Below are positions 48,225-57,629 of a stretch of DNA of 64,000 bases, in pieces; position 1 is the first letter of the stretch; each line of letters starts with the position of its first letter. Location: the NCBI GenBank assembly GCA_031554725.1, contig JAVBUZ010000058.1:410-64409 (forward strand). The letters run 5' to 3'. The position numbers and the translations under genes were made by a program. The DNA comes from Lachnospiraceae bacterium. GTDB taxonomy: Bacteria; Bacillota; Clostridia; Lachnospirales; Lachnospiraceae. Below the pieces are notes generated by a model. It ran no database searches. It had not been told where the DNA came from and saw only the letters and a program-made list of their open reading frames with translations.

Positions 48225-51212
48225 ATGCAACGTTTATTTCTACAACAAAGCTATATTGACTGCTATGAAGCGTATGAAAAAAGTTTACAAAAAGAATCTT
48301 TTATTAAGTGGGATTATGTAGTGTTAACAGCTTCTAATGAGGAACAAGCTGAAACATATCGTGAACAAATAAAGTATCGCATTTTAAATAAATGTCTACC
48401 TGAAGATACAAAGTATGTGGTGCTTTCTGATCCAGACGGCAAACGCGTGGGCTCAGGTGGAGCAACTTTGAATGTGCTAAAATATATAGCGACTGAGGAA
48501 AATTTGGAGGCTTGCGTTAACCCATTTTGTGGTCAAAGAATACTTGTAATACATTCAGGTGGTGACAGTAAACGTGTTCCCCAGTATAGTGCTTGTGGAA
48601 AACTGTTTTCTCCAGTACCTAGAGAATTGCCAGATGGCAGAGCCTCGACGCTTTTTGACGAGTTTATTATTGGAATGTCAGGTGTGGCAGGTAGGCTAAA
48701 AGAGGGCATGCTAGTGTTGTCGGGAGATGTACTACTATTATTTAATCCTTTACAAATAGATTTTACGTTTCAAGGTGCGGCAGCGTTGTCAATCAAGGAG
48801 AAGGTAAGCATTGGAAAGAACCATGGTGTGTTTCTAAATGATGGAAACGATCACGTAGCCAGATTCTTGCATAAACAATCGGAAGAAACCTTAAGTCAGA
48901 TGGGTGCAACAAATGCGACTGGTATGGTAGATTTAGACACTGGTGCGGTGGCATTAGACGCTGAACTTTTAAAGGATTTATATTCTCTGATATCCAGCCA
49001 AGGAGAGTTCTCAAAAGAAAAATTTGATATGTTTGTAAATGAAAAGGCTCGTATCAGCTTTTACGGAGATTTTTTATTTCCTCTTGCCAGTGAAGCAACA
49101 AAAGAAGCATATTTTATGGAGGCAGCAGAGGGAGAGGCTTGTGAAGAATTAATGCAGTGCCGAGAAGAGATTTGGAAGGTTCTGAGTGCACATCAAATGA
49201 GGCTAATTAGTTTATCACCAGCAGAATTTATTCACTTTGGAACCACCTTAGAGCTACAGCAGTTAGTGACCAAAGAAGTGGAAGAATATGGCTTCTTGGG
49301 GTGGAAAAAGCGAGTTTTAACCAATGCAGATTCTAACAAATACGCAGTTTATAATAGTATGATTGAAAAAACAACCCTTATTGGTGAGGGTGCATATATA
49401 GAGAATAGCGTTATCGGCAGTGGTGTGCGAGTTGGCTTAGGAAGTATTATTTCAGGAGTAGAGCTGAAGAACAGGGGAGGCCAAGAAGTAATCATTCCTT
49501 CAGAGATAGTTTTACACGGTTTACAGCTAAAGGATGGAAGCTTTGTAGTAAGAGTATATGGAGTCAAAGACAACCCCAAAGATAAATGCAGTGAGTGCTT
49601 GTCGGCATCTATGGTAAACCAGCTAGTAGAGGATGTTTCCTTGTGGGAGGCAAAAATTTATCCAATCTGTGATAGCTGGGAAAAAGCTGTGGAAGCGGCT
49701 CTTGTTACCTATCGAATGATGAAGGGCGGTGCTTCGGTAGAAGAAAAAGAGTGGTGGAAAAAACAGGAGAAGACGAGCTTACAGGCTAGCTTTAACCAAG
49801 CGGATACTGGAGCCTTTTTGGCGTGGGTTCATGAGTTAGAAGAAGAAATCAGAATTAGAAGATTTGCGGAAGAGCTTAGAAACCAAAAACAATGGAGCGA
49901 AGCGGTTCTTAATTTAGGAAAGATGGGCATTACCGATAAGCAAAAGGAAATGCTACTAAGAATTGCTGATGAATCCGATTTTTCCTTGAAAATCAGAATT
50001 TACTATGCGTTGATGCAATATGAAAAAGACAGAGGTCTCGATTTTGATAAGTATGAAAGCCTTTGTTTTGGGACAATAGGTAAAGAGATTGATAATAGCC
50101 TTGTTAATAATATTGGTCTAGTTGAAACTAAGAAAATAGCAAAGGAAGAGGTCAAAGTAGAGCTACCAGTACGTGTTAATTGGGGTGGTGGATGGTCCGA
50201 TACCCCTCCTCACTGTATGGAACAAGGCGGAACTGTTTTGAACGCAGCAATAAAACTGAATGGTATATATCCAGTACAGGTAGTTGCAAAGAAGCTTTCA
50301 GAATACAAGCTTGAAGTGGCAAGCGAAGATGTGGGTGCGTATGGAGAAATCCTTACGGTGGAAGAGCTAAGAGACTGTCATAACCCATATGATTCCTTTG
50401 CTCTGCATAAAGCAGCTTTAATCGCTTGTGGTTTGGTTCCAGAAGAAGGTGGAAAGCTTGAAGAAATCCTGGAGCAGCTTGGAGGTGGAATTTTCCTTTC
50501 CACGCAAGTAATTGGAATACCAAAAGGCTCAGGCTTGGGAACGAGTAGTATTTTAGCAGGCGCATGTGTAAAAGCTATTTTTGAGCTGCTAGGAGAAAAT
50601 ATTGCGCAGGATAAGATTTATGATATTGTTCTGAACATGGAACAAATTATGAGCACTGGTGGCGGTTGGCAGGATCAAGTCGGCGGAATTGTGCCTGGCA
50701 TAAAGTTTATTACCTCAAAGCCAGGAGCTAGACAAATTCTAAAGGTAGAAAATATAGAGGTTCCCAAACAAGCGATGGAGGAGCTACAAGAAAGATTTGC
50801 GCTAATATACACTGGGCAAAGAAGATTGGCACGAAATCTATTAAGAGATGTTGTCGGTAATTACATTGGTGCACGCCCTGAGTCATTAGCGGCTTTGTTT
50901 AGGATGCAGCGCCTTGCAGCACTTATGCGTTTTGAATTGGAAAAAGGAAACATTGATGAGCTGGCGAAACTTTTTAATGAGCACTGGGAACTATCCAAGC
51001 AATTGGATGCTGGATCTACGAATACTTGTATAGAACAGATCTTTATGGTTTGCGAAGATCTTATAGATGGAAGGTTTATTGCAGGAGCTGGCGGTGGCGG
51101 GTTTTTGCAGGTTATTTTGAAAAAAGGTATTTCGAAGCAGCAGTTAAAAAATCGTCTCAAGGAAGTATTTCAAGACAGTGGCGTAGATGCATGGGATTGT
51201 GAAATTTGTTAA
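48225..51212 (+). CDS. fkp: Bifunctional L-fucokinase / fucose-1-phosphate guanylyltransferase
   Basis: 995 aa. The N-terminal nucleotidyltransferase part has WDYVVLTASNEEQA, GSGGATLNVL and HSGGDSKR. The C-terminal GHMP kinase part has NWGGGWSDTPPH and PKGSGLGTSSILAGA. Confidence 0.9.
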   Translation: MQRLFLQQSYIDCYEAYEKSLQKESFIKWDYVVLTASNEEQAETYREQIKYRILNKCLPEDTKYVVLSDPDGKRVGSGGATLNVLKYIATEENLEACVNPFCGQRILVIHSGGDSKRVPQYSACGKLFSPVPRELPDGRASTLFDEFIIGMSGVAGRLKEGMLVLSGDVLLLFNPLQIDFTFQGAAALSIKEKVSIGKNHGVFLNDGNDHVARFLHKQSEETLSQMGATNATGMVDLDTGAVALDAELLKDLYSLISSQGEFSKEKFDMFVNEKARISFYGDFLFPLASEATKEAYFMEAAEGEACEELMQCREEIWKVLSAHQMRLISLSPAEFIHFGTTLELQQLVTKEVEEYGFLGWKKRVLTNADSNKYAVYNSMIEKTTLIGEGAYIENSVIGSGVRVGLGSIISGVELKNRGGQEVIIPSEIVLHGLQLKDGSFVVRVYGVKDNPKDKCSECLSASMVNQLVEDVSLWEAKIYPICDSWEKAVEAALVTYRMMKGGASVEEKEWWKKQEKTSLQASFNQADTGAFLAWVHELEEEIRIRRFAEELRNQKQWSEAVLNLGKMGITDKQKEMLLRIADESDFSLKIRIYYALMQYEKDRGLDFDKYESLCFGTIGKEIDNSLVNNIGLVETKKIAKEEVKVELPVRVNWGGGWSDTPPHCMEQGGTVLNAAIKLNGIYPVQVVAKKLSEYKLEVASEDVGAYGEILTVEELRDCHNPYDSFALHKAALIACGLVPEEGGKLEEILEQLGGGIFLSTQVIGIPKGSGLGTSSILAGACVKAIFELLGENIAQDKIYDIVLNMEQIMSTGGGWQDQVGGIVPGIKFITSKPGARQILKVENIEVPKQAMEELQERFALIYTGQRRLARNLLRDVVGNYIGARPESLAALFRMQRLAALMRFELEKGNIDELAKLFNEHWELSKQLDAGSTNTCIEQIFMVCEDLIDGRFIAGAGGGGFLQVILKKGISKQQLKNRLKEVFQDSGVDAWDCEIC

Positions 51213-51242
51213 TGATTATTTATCTAGAATGGAAATAAGTTT

Positions 51243-52376
51243 ATGAAAAAGCTAAAGGCGGATAAAATTATTATTGGTGCAGGTTTATATGGGCTATATG
51301 CGGCGCTATTTTGTGCAAAACGGGGACAGCAGGTAATCGTTTTGGAGCAGGAGAAAATGCCATTTTGTCGTGCAACCTATATCAATCAAGCAAGAGTGCA
51401 TATGGGATATCATTACCCTAGGTCGATATCCACCGCACTAAAATCTGCGGGTTATTTTAAAAGATTTGTGGAAGACTATGGATTTTGTATACACCAGGAA
51501 TTTCAGCAGATTTATGCAACATCAGCCCATTTTTCGTGGACAGATGCGCAGGAGTTTAAAAAGTTTTGTAAGGCTGCAGATATTATGTGTATGGAGCTTC
51601 CCGCAGATGCGTATTTTAAAGCAGGAATGTGCGATGGAGCCTTCTTGACTCAGGAATATACCTATGACGCCTTTATACTTAGGGATTATTTTGTGGAGCA
51701 GCTAAAAGCGTTTCCTAATGTGTCAATTGAATATGGAGTCGAGCTTGAGAAAATACAAGTATGTGGAGAGAATTATCTTGCGACTGCGAAAGAAGCACAA
51801 TACGAGGCTCCCTTTGTACTCAATGCAACCTATGCGGCAGTAAATCATGTTCTAAATCTGCTGGAGGATGTGGAGGCAGATAAATTTGCACTAAAGTATG
51901 AGCTGTGTGAAATCATATTATGTAAGGCAAGTGAAAAGCTAAATAATCTTGGACTTACAGTAATGGATGGGCCCTTCTTTTCTATTATGCCTTTCGGAAA
52001 GACTGGTTATCATTCTCTGACCTCAGTTACGTTTACACCTCATGAAACAGATTATCATGTAATACCGGAGTTTGAGTGCACGAAAAAGGTAGATGGAAAT
52101 TGTAGGAAGAAGCAGTTAGGAAATTGCAATGAATGCTTATATAAGCCACAAAGTGCGTGGGAATATATGAATGCTTTGGCAAAGAAATATATGCTCGAGG
52201 AGTATGGCTTTGAATATAAAGAGTCGTTATTTTCAATGAAACCGATTTTAAAGGCATCTGAAATTGATGATTCTAGGCCAACAGTTATAAAAGTAGCTTC
52301 AAATGCTCCGACATTTGTTAGTGTGCTTTCTGGAAAGATTAATACCGTATATGACTTAGACGAAATATTAATATAA
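51243..52376 (+). CDS. FAD-dependent oxidoreductase, substrate unknown
   Basis: N-terminal dinucleotide fold KIIIGAGLYGLYAALFCAKRGQQVIVLE. It lacks the UDP-galactopyranose mutase signature. Confidence 0.7.
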   Translation: MKKLKADKIIIGAGLYGLYAALFCAKRGQQVIVLEQEKMPFCRATYINQARVHMGYHYPRSISTALKSAGYFKRFVEDYGFCIHQEFQQIYATSAHFSWTDAQEFKKFCKAADIMCMELPADAYFKAGMCDGAFLTQEYTYDAFILRDYFVEQLKAFPNVSIEYGVELEKIQVCGENYLATAKEAQYEAPFVLNATYAAVNHVLNLLEDVEADKFALKYELCEIILCKASEKLNNLGLTVMDGPFFSIMPFGKTGYHSLTSVTFTPHETDYHVIPEFECTKKVDGNCRKKQLGNCNECLYKPQSAWEYMNALAKKYMLEEYGFEYKESLFSMKPILKASEIDDSRPTVIKVASNAPTFVSVLSGKINTVYDLDEILI

Positions 52377-52378
52377 AA

Positions 52379-53329
52379 ATGGAGAAAAATATGAGGGAGA
52401 AGCAAAAGAATTTTATTTCCTGTGTAGTTTATTTGCACAATGAAGCTAATACAATAGAAAGATTTTTAGAAACTACCGTTCAAGTGTTAAAAGATAACTT
52501 TGAAAAGTATGAGATTATTTGTGTAAATGATGCTTCGGATGATGAAACCGTTGATAAGCTAAAAGAGTATTTAAAGAAGGAAGATAGCATTAAATCAATT
52601 AGTCTTGTTAACATGAGCTACTTTCAAGGAATTGAAGTGGCAATGAACGCAGGGCGTGATTTGGCTGTTGGTGATTTTGTCTTTGAGTTTGATATGGTAA
52701 GTGTAGATTACGATGCGGATCTAATTATGAAGATATATTATAAAGCACTAGAAGGATATGACATTGTAGCGGCAACGCCTAAATATTTTATTCCGCTTTC
52801 CTCCAAGTTATTTTATGCCGTATACAATTGGGGAAATAAGGCTTCTATGAAACTGCGCCAGGAACGTTTTCGCTTTGTATCAAGAAGAGCAATTAATAGG
52901 GTGAATCAATTAAATACATATATCCCTTACCGAAAGGCGACATATGTAAAATGCGGACTTAGATTTATTTCCATAGACTATGACAATAAACGCGGAGAAC
53001 ATAGAAATCGAAATAAGCAGGAAAGAGGTAGCAGAAATCTCTTGGCATTTGACTCTTTCATTATCTTTACCGATATTTTAGAACGGATTTCTTTGCTTTT
53101 ATGTGTAGCATTTTTGATAGCTATGTTAGTAATGGCGGGATATGTAATCTGGTCAGTATTTAGTGCTGTTCGTCCAGTTGAAGGCTGGATGTCAATTATG
53201 GGATTAATTTCGTTTGGATTTTTTGGTGTATTTTTATTACTGACACTGATTTTAAAGTATTTGTCGGTTGTTCTAAATATCTCTTTTAAAAAACAACGAT
53301 ACGTTATTGAAGGAGTAGAGAAGCTATGA
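52379..53329 (+). CDS. Divergent GtrB-like GT2, copy 3, with a non-canonical DxD region
   Basis: It has the GtrB architecture: a GT-A domain (VNDASDDET) plus two C-terminal TM helices. Where GtrB has DVDLQDP, this protein reads FDMVSVDY. Confidence 0.6.
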   Translation: MEKNMREKQKNFISCVVYLHNEANTIERFLETTVQVLKDNFEKYEIICVNDASDDETVDKLKEYLKKEDSIKSISLVNMSYFQGIEVAMNAGRDLAVGDFVFEFDMVSVDYDADLIMKIYYKALEGYDIVAATPKYFIPLSSKLFYAVYNWGNKASMKLRQERFRFVSRRAINRVNQLNTYIPYRKATYVKCGLRFISIDYDNKRGEHRNRNKQERGSRNLLAFDSFIIFTDILERISLLLCVAFLIAMLVMAGYVIWSVFSAVRPVEGWMSIMGLISFGFFGVFLLLTLILKYLSVVLNISFKKQRYVIEGVEKL

Positions 53330-54051
53330 CAATAAACATTATATTTCCAGTGCTAAATGAAAAAAAACGCTTGAAGAACGGCATTGTAAATACCGTGGAG
53401 TATTTAAAAAAAATAGATTTTCAAGACTACAAAATTACCATTGTAGATAATGGGTCTGAAGATGAAACTCCTCAAATAGCCCAGGAGCTAACAGAAAAGT
53501 ATAAAAGAGTTACTTATGAAAGAATTACAGTTCGTGGTGTGGGTGCCGCTTTTCGAAGGGGCGTTGAATTAAATGACTGCGATATTGTAGGCTATATGGA
53601 TATTGATTTGTCTACGAATATTAGGCATTTGGGTGAGGCAATTCATATTTTTGAGAACAGACCTGAGATAGAGTATATAAATGGTAGTAGATTTGCGGCA
53701 CAGTCAGATACGAAAGGTAGAAAGTGGTATCGAAAAATCACTTCTCAAGGGCTGCTTGTTCTATTGAAGCTTTTTCTTGGAATGAAGTCAACAGATGCAA
53801 TTTGCGGATTTACCTTTGTTAGAAAAGACTTGGCGGAGGAACTAGTAAAGGGTTCAAGTCAGGACAATGGTTGGTTTTATATGATAGAATTTTTGCTTCG
53901 AGCAGAAAAGCGTCATAAAAATGTTTTGGATTACCCTGTTACCTGGCAAGAAGACTACAATACAACGGTTAAAATATTTAAGACAATCTGCAATTATATG
54001 GTGCAGATAACAAGATTGTTTGTTGAATTTTATATTAAGAAAAACATATAA
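53326..54051 (+). CDS. GT2, DPM1/Dpg-like polyprenyl-phosphate glycosyltransferase without a TM tail
   Basis: INIIFPVLNE, VDNGSEDET and YMDIDLST. It overlaps the upstream stop by 4 nt. Confidence 0.7.
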   Translation: MTINIIFPVLNEKKRLKNGIVNTVEYLKKIDFQDYKITIVDNGSEDETPQIAQELTEKYKRVTYERITVRGVGAAFRRGVELNDCDIVGYMDIDLSTNIRHLGEAIHIFENRPEIEYINGSRFAAQSDTKGRKWYRKITSQGLLVLLKLFLGMKSTDAICGFTFVRKDLAEELVKGSSQDNGWFYMIEFLLRAEKRHKNVLDYPVTWQEDYNTTVKIFKTICNYMVQITRLFVEFYIKKNI

Positions 54052-54079
54052 GAAAATAGAAGGCTACTAGGAGAAATAC

Positions 54080-55186
54080 GTGATGAGTCAGATTAAAAGA
54101 ATTGATCTAACTAGAAATTTCAAGAATCATCAGCAAGAGTATATAGACGCGATTACAGCTGTTTGTGAAGAAACAGCCTTTTCGGGTGGAAAATATGCGG
54201 ATAAATTTGACGAAGAGTTTGCAGACTTTGTAGGAACAAAATATGCGGCAGGTGTGAATAACGGAACATCGGCGTTACACCTAGCAATGCTAGCCTTGGG
54301 TGTAGGTGCAGGCGATGAGGTGATTGTTCCAGCCAACACGTTTATTGCAACTGCGTGGGGAGTGACTTATACAGGTGCAATTCCAGTTTTTGTAGATTGT
54401 ACTGCCGACACATGGGAAATTGATCCTGATAAAATTGAAGAAAAAATTACTTCTAAGACAAAAGGAATTATAGGAGTGCACCTATATGGACAACCTTTTG
54501 AATACCAAAAGGTTCGTGACATAGCAGATAAATATGGTTTATTTGTGGTAGAGGATTGCGCACAATCTCATGCCGCGTTATATGAAGGAAAACAGGTGGG
54601 AAGCTTAGGTGAGCTGGGTTGCTTTAGCTTTTATCCTGGAAAGAATTTATACGCTTTCGGTGAAGGCGGTAGTGTTACTACTGACAATGAGCTATTTTTC
54701 AAACATATAAATCGTTTAAAAAACCAAGGCTGTGACAGACGCTATTACCATGATGAAATTGGTTATAATATGCGTCTAGAGGGAGTGCAGGGAGCTGTAC
54801 TTAGCGTTAGCCTAAAATATTTAAAGGATTGGACCGAAAGAAGAATTGAAATTGGGGAAAAATATATACGTGAAATTAAGAACCCTCTTATCACAATGCA
54901 GGCTCACCCAAACAATACCAAGCCTGTGTACCATCTTTTTGTAATTACGGTGCCCGAGCAAGAAAAATTTATTGAATATATGCAGGAGAATGGTATTGAA
55001 TGTAACATGCATTATCCGGTACCCTGCCATTTGCAAGAGGCTTATAAGCATTTAATGTATAAACAGGGGGATTGCCCAAATGCAGAATATTTGGCGAGCC
55101 ACTGTGTAACATTGCCCTTGTATCCAGAAATGCAAGCGGACGAAATTGATAAAGTGGTTGCCATGTGCAATGGGTTTATGGGATAA
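54080..55186 (+). CDS. DegT/DnrJ/EryC1/StrS-family sugar aminotransferase
   Basis: VNNGTSALHLAMLALG, the CFSFYPGKNLYAFGEGG lysine motif, and IGYNMRLEGVQGAVL. Confidence 0.85.
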   Translation: MMSQIKRIDLTRNFKNHQQEYIDAITAVCEETAFSGGKYADKFDEEFADFVGTKYAAGVNNGTSALHLAMLALGVGAGDEVIVPANTFIATAWGVTYTGAIPVFVDCTADTWEIDPDKIEEKITSKTKGIIGVHLYGQPFEYQKVRDIADKYGLFVVEDCAQSHAALYEGKQVGSLGELGCFSFYPGKNLYAFGEGGSVTTDNELFFKHINRLKNQGCDRRYYHDEIGYNMRLEGVQGAVLSVSLKYLKDWTERRIEIGEKYIREIKNPLITMQAHPNNTKPVYHLFVITVPEQEKFIEYMQENGIECNMHYPVPCHLQEAYKHLMYKQGDCPNAEYLASHCVTLPLYPEMQADEIDKVVAMCNGFMG

Positions 55187-55212
55187 TCAGTGAAAGAATA
55201 GGAAGGTGACAT

Positions 55213-56127
55213 ATGGACAAGATTGCAATATTAATTCCCTGTTATAATGAAGAGAAAACAATTGGAAAGGTAGTACGAGATGCCAAGGCAGCAATACCAG
55301 AGGCGGTGGTCTACGTTTATGATAATAACTCAAAAGACAGAACGGTAGAACTTGCTAAGGAAGCAGGAGCTGTTGTGAAATATGAATATAAGCAAGGAAA
55401 AGGCAACGTAATTCGTCGTATGTTCCGCGAGGTGAATGCTGAGTGCTATCTAATGATAGATGGTGATGATACCTATCCACTAGAATCGGCAAGAGAAATG
55501 GTTGAGAAGATTTTATACCATAATGCAGATATGGTGGTAGGTGACAGACTTTCTTCTACCTATTTTACAGAGAATAAACGTCCCTTCCATAATTTCGGAA
55601 ATAGTATTGTTCGTGGAACAATTAATTGGCTGTTTGGCTCTGATATAAAAGATATTATGACAGGCTTTCGTGCGTTTAGTTATAGCTTTGTAAAAACATT
55701 TCCGGTTTGCTCTGCAGGATTTGAAATTGAAACAGAGATGACGATACATGCAGTAAATTATCGACTACAGGTTGAAAATATAGTAGTAGATTATAGAGAC
55801 CGACCAGAAGGAAGCGAATCAAAGTTAAACACCTATTCTGATGGTATAAAGGTGCTTTGGAAGATAGTTCATATGTTTAAGACCTATAAGCCATTAGGAT
55901 TTTTTGGGGCAATTAGTGTGCTATTAATGCTTGTGGCAGTGGCCTTTTTTGCTCCTATATTGGTTGAGTTTCTAAAAACAGGACTGGTACCTAAATTTCC
56001 AACCTTTATTGCTAGTTGCTTTTTGGGAATCGCATCCTTGCAGTCTTTCTTCACTGGATTAATGCTTTCTTGCATCAATACCAAGGATAAGAAAGATTTC
56101 GAGTACCGTTTAAATGGTATTAAATAA
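55213..56127 (+). CDS. GtrB-like polyprenyl-phosphate glycosyltransferase (GT2), copy 4
   Basis: IAILIPCYNEEKTI, YDNNSKDRT and MIDGDDTYP, plus two C-terminal TM helices. Confidence 0.75.
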   Translation: MDKIAILIPCYNEEKTIGKVVRDAKAAIPEAVVYVYDNNSKDRTVELAKEAGAVVKYEYKQGKGNVIRRMFREVNAECYLMIDGDDTYPLESAREMVEKILYHNADMVVGDRLSSTYFTENKRPFHNFGNSIVRGTINWLFGSDIKDIMTGFRAFSYSFVKTFPVCSAGFEIETEMTIHAVNYRLQVENIVVDYRDRPEGSESKLNTYSDGIKVLWKIVHMFKTYKPLGFFGAISVLLMLVAVAFFAPILVEFLKTGLVPKFPTFIASCFLGIASLQSFFTGLMLSCINTKDKKDFEYRLNGIK

Positions 56128-56154
56128 AACGGATAGATAAAAAGAGGACAAAAC

Positions 56155-56679
56155 GTGTTAGGAAGAGTGGAGAACGGAATATATCTTAGGGCTATGACTC
56201 TAGAGGATACCTCTAATGTTGTAACATGGCGAAATAGTGAAGCGGTGAGAAGCAGATTTATTTATAGAGAGCTTTTTACCGTAGAATCTCACTTAAAATG
56301 GGTGGAAACGATGGTAGACACTGGGAAAGTGGTGCAGACCATTATTTGTGATGCTAAAACGGATAAGCCCTTGGGTTCGGTATATATAAGAGATATTGAT
56401 TTAACTCATAATAAAGGTGAATATGGAATTTTTATTGGTGAGGAAGAGGCAAGAGGTAAAGGCGTTGGAACAACAGCTGCTAAGCTGATGGTAGAACATG
56501 CTTTTGAAGATATGAAGTTGCATCGATTATACTTGCGAGTTTTTGCAGATAATACGCAAGCAATTAGAAGCTATGAAAAGGCGGGGTTTCAGAAAGAAGC
56601 CCATTTGAAGGATGATGTTTACATTGATAATACATATCATGATATTGTTTTAATGGCAATTGTGAGGAAGGAAGTTTAA
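56155..56679 (+). CDS. GNAT-family N-acetyltransferase (PseH/RimL-like)
   Basis: VVTWRNSEAVRSRF, HLKWVE, GKGVGTTAAKLMVEHAF, NTQAIRSYEKAGF. GTG start. Confidence 0.75.
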   Translation: MLGRVENGIYLRAMTLEDTSNVVTWRNSEAVRSRFIYRELFTVESHLKWVETMVDTGKVVQTIICDAKTDKPLGSVYIRDIDLTHNKGEYGIFIGEEEARGKGVGTTAAKLMVEHAFEDMKLHRLYLRVFADNTQAIRSYEKAGFQKEAHLKDDVYIDNTYHDIVLMAIVRKEV

Positions 56680-56682
56680 GGC

Positions 56683-57624
56683 ATGAAAAAGATAAGTTTT
56701 GTAATACCCTGTTATCGATCGGCACACACCCTACCCCATGTTATTGCCGAAATAAGTGCGGTTATGGAAAAACTAAATAACTATGACTATGAAGTGGTGT
56801 TAGTGAATGATAGCTCACCAGACAATACATTTGAAATCATTAGAAGATTATGTGAAGAAAATGATAAACTAAGAGGAATTAATTTTTCTCAAAATTTTGG
56901 ACAGCATGCTGCACTTATGGCAGGTCTACGCCATACAACCGGTGAGTATGTGGTGTGTTTAGACGATGATGGACAAACACCAGCGGATGAAGTAGATAAG
57001 CTGATTGATAAGCTGGAAGAGGGGTTTGATGCTGTTTATGCAAGCTATGAACATAAAAGGCATTCTGCTTTTCGTAATCTAGGAAGTAAGGTCAATGAGC
57101 TAATGACTCGCTATATGCTAGGGAAACCCAAGGATTTATATCTATCTAGCTACTTTGCAGTAAAACGTTTTATTGTTGAAGATATGATCAAATACGAAAA
57201 CTCCTATCCATATGTCATTGGCTTGGTACTTCGTGCTACGAAAAATATTACAAATGTACCAGTAAATCATCGAGAACGTGAAGAAGGTGCTTCAGGATAT
57301 ACACTGAAGAAGCTTTTGGGATTATGGTTTAATGGGTTTACAGCATTTTCCATTAAGCCTCTTAGAGTTGCTACAGGGGTAGGAATATTTTGCGCCTGCG
57401 GTGGATTTGCCTATGGAATATACACGGTCATAAAGAGAATTGTAAATCCTAATGTACCACAGGGCTTTAGCGCCAGCATGGCAGCGATTGTATTTATAGG
57501 CGGAATGATTATGATTATGTTAGGACTTATAGGTGAGTATATAGGAAGAATTTATATAAGCTTGAATAATTCTCCTCAATATGTAATAAGAGAAAGAATT
57601 AATGTGGAAAAAAAGGAAATCTAA
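56683..57624 (+). CDS. ArnC/GtrB-like polyprenyl-phosphate glycosyltransferase (GT2), copy 5
   Basis: ISFVIPCYRS, VNDSSPDNT, SQNFGQHAALMAG and LDDDGQTPA, plus two C-terminal TM helices. Confidence 0.8.
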   Translation: MKKISFVIPCYRSAHTLPHVIAEISAVMEKLNNYDYEVVLVNDSSPDNTFEIIRRLCEENDKLRGINFSQNFGQHAALMAGLRHTTGEYVVCLDDDGQTPADEVDKLIDKLEEGFDAVYASYEHKRHSAFRNLGSKVNELMTRYMLGKPKDLYLSSYFAVKRFIVEDMIKYENSYPYVIGLVLRATKNITNVPVNHREREEGASGYTLKKLLGLWFNGFTAFSIKPLRVATGVGIFCACGGFAYGIYTVIKRIVNPNVPQGFSASMAAIVFIGGMIMIMLGLIGEYIGRIYISLNNSPQYVIRERINVEKKEI

Positions 57625-57629
57625 AAAGC

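Noticed and set aside
48097-48321. A 74-aa ORF bridges the pseB-fkp junction, and similar bridging ORFs occur at 23624-23836 and 34626-34826.
   Set aside because: They overlap the ends of two well-supported genes out of frame and show no independent translation signals.
51243-52376. I considered calling the FAD protein a UDP-galactopyranose mutase (Glf).
   Set aside because: Only the generic GxGxxG dinucleotide fold matches. The residues that follow it differ from the Glf pattern I recall, so I kept the call at generic FAD-dependent oxidoreductase.
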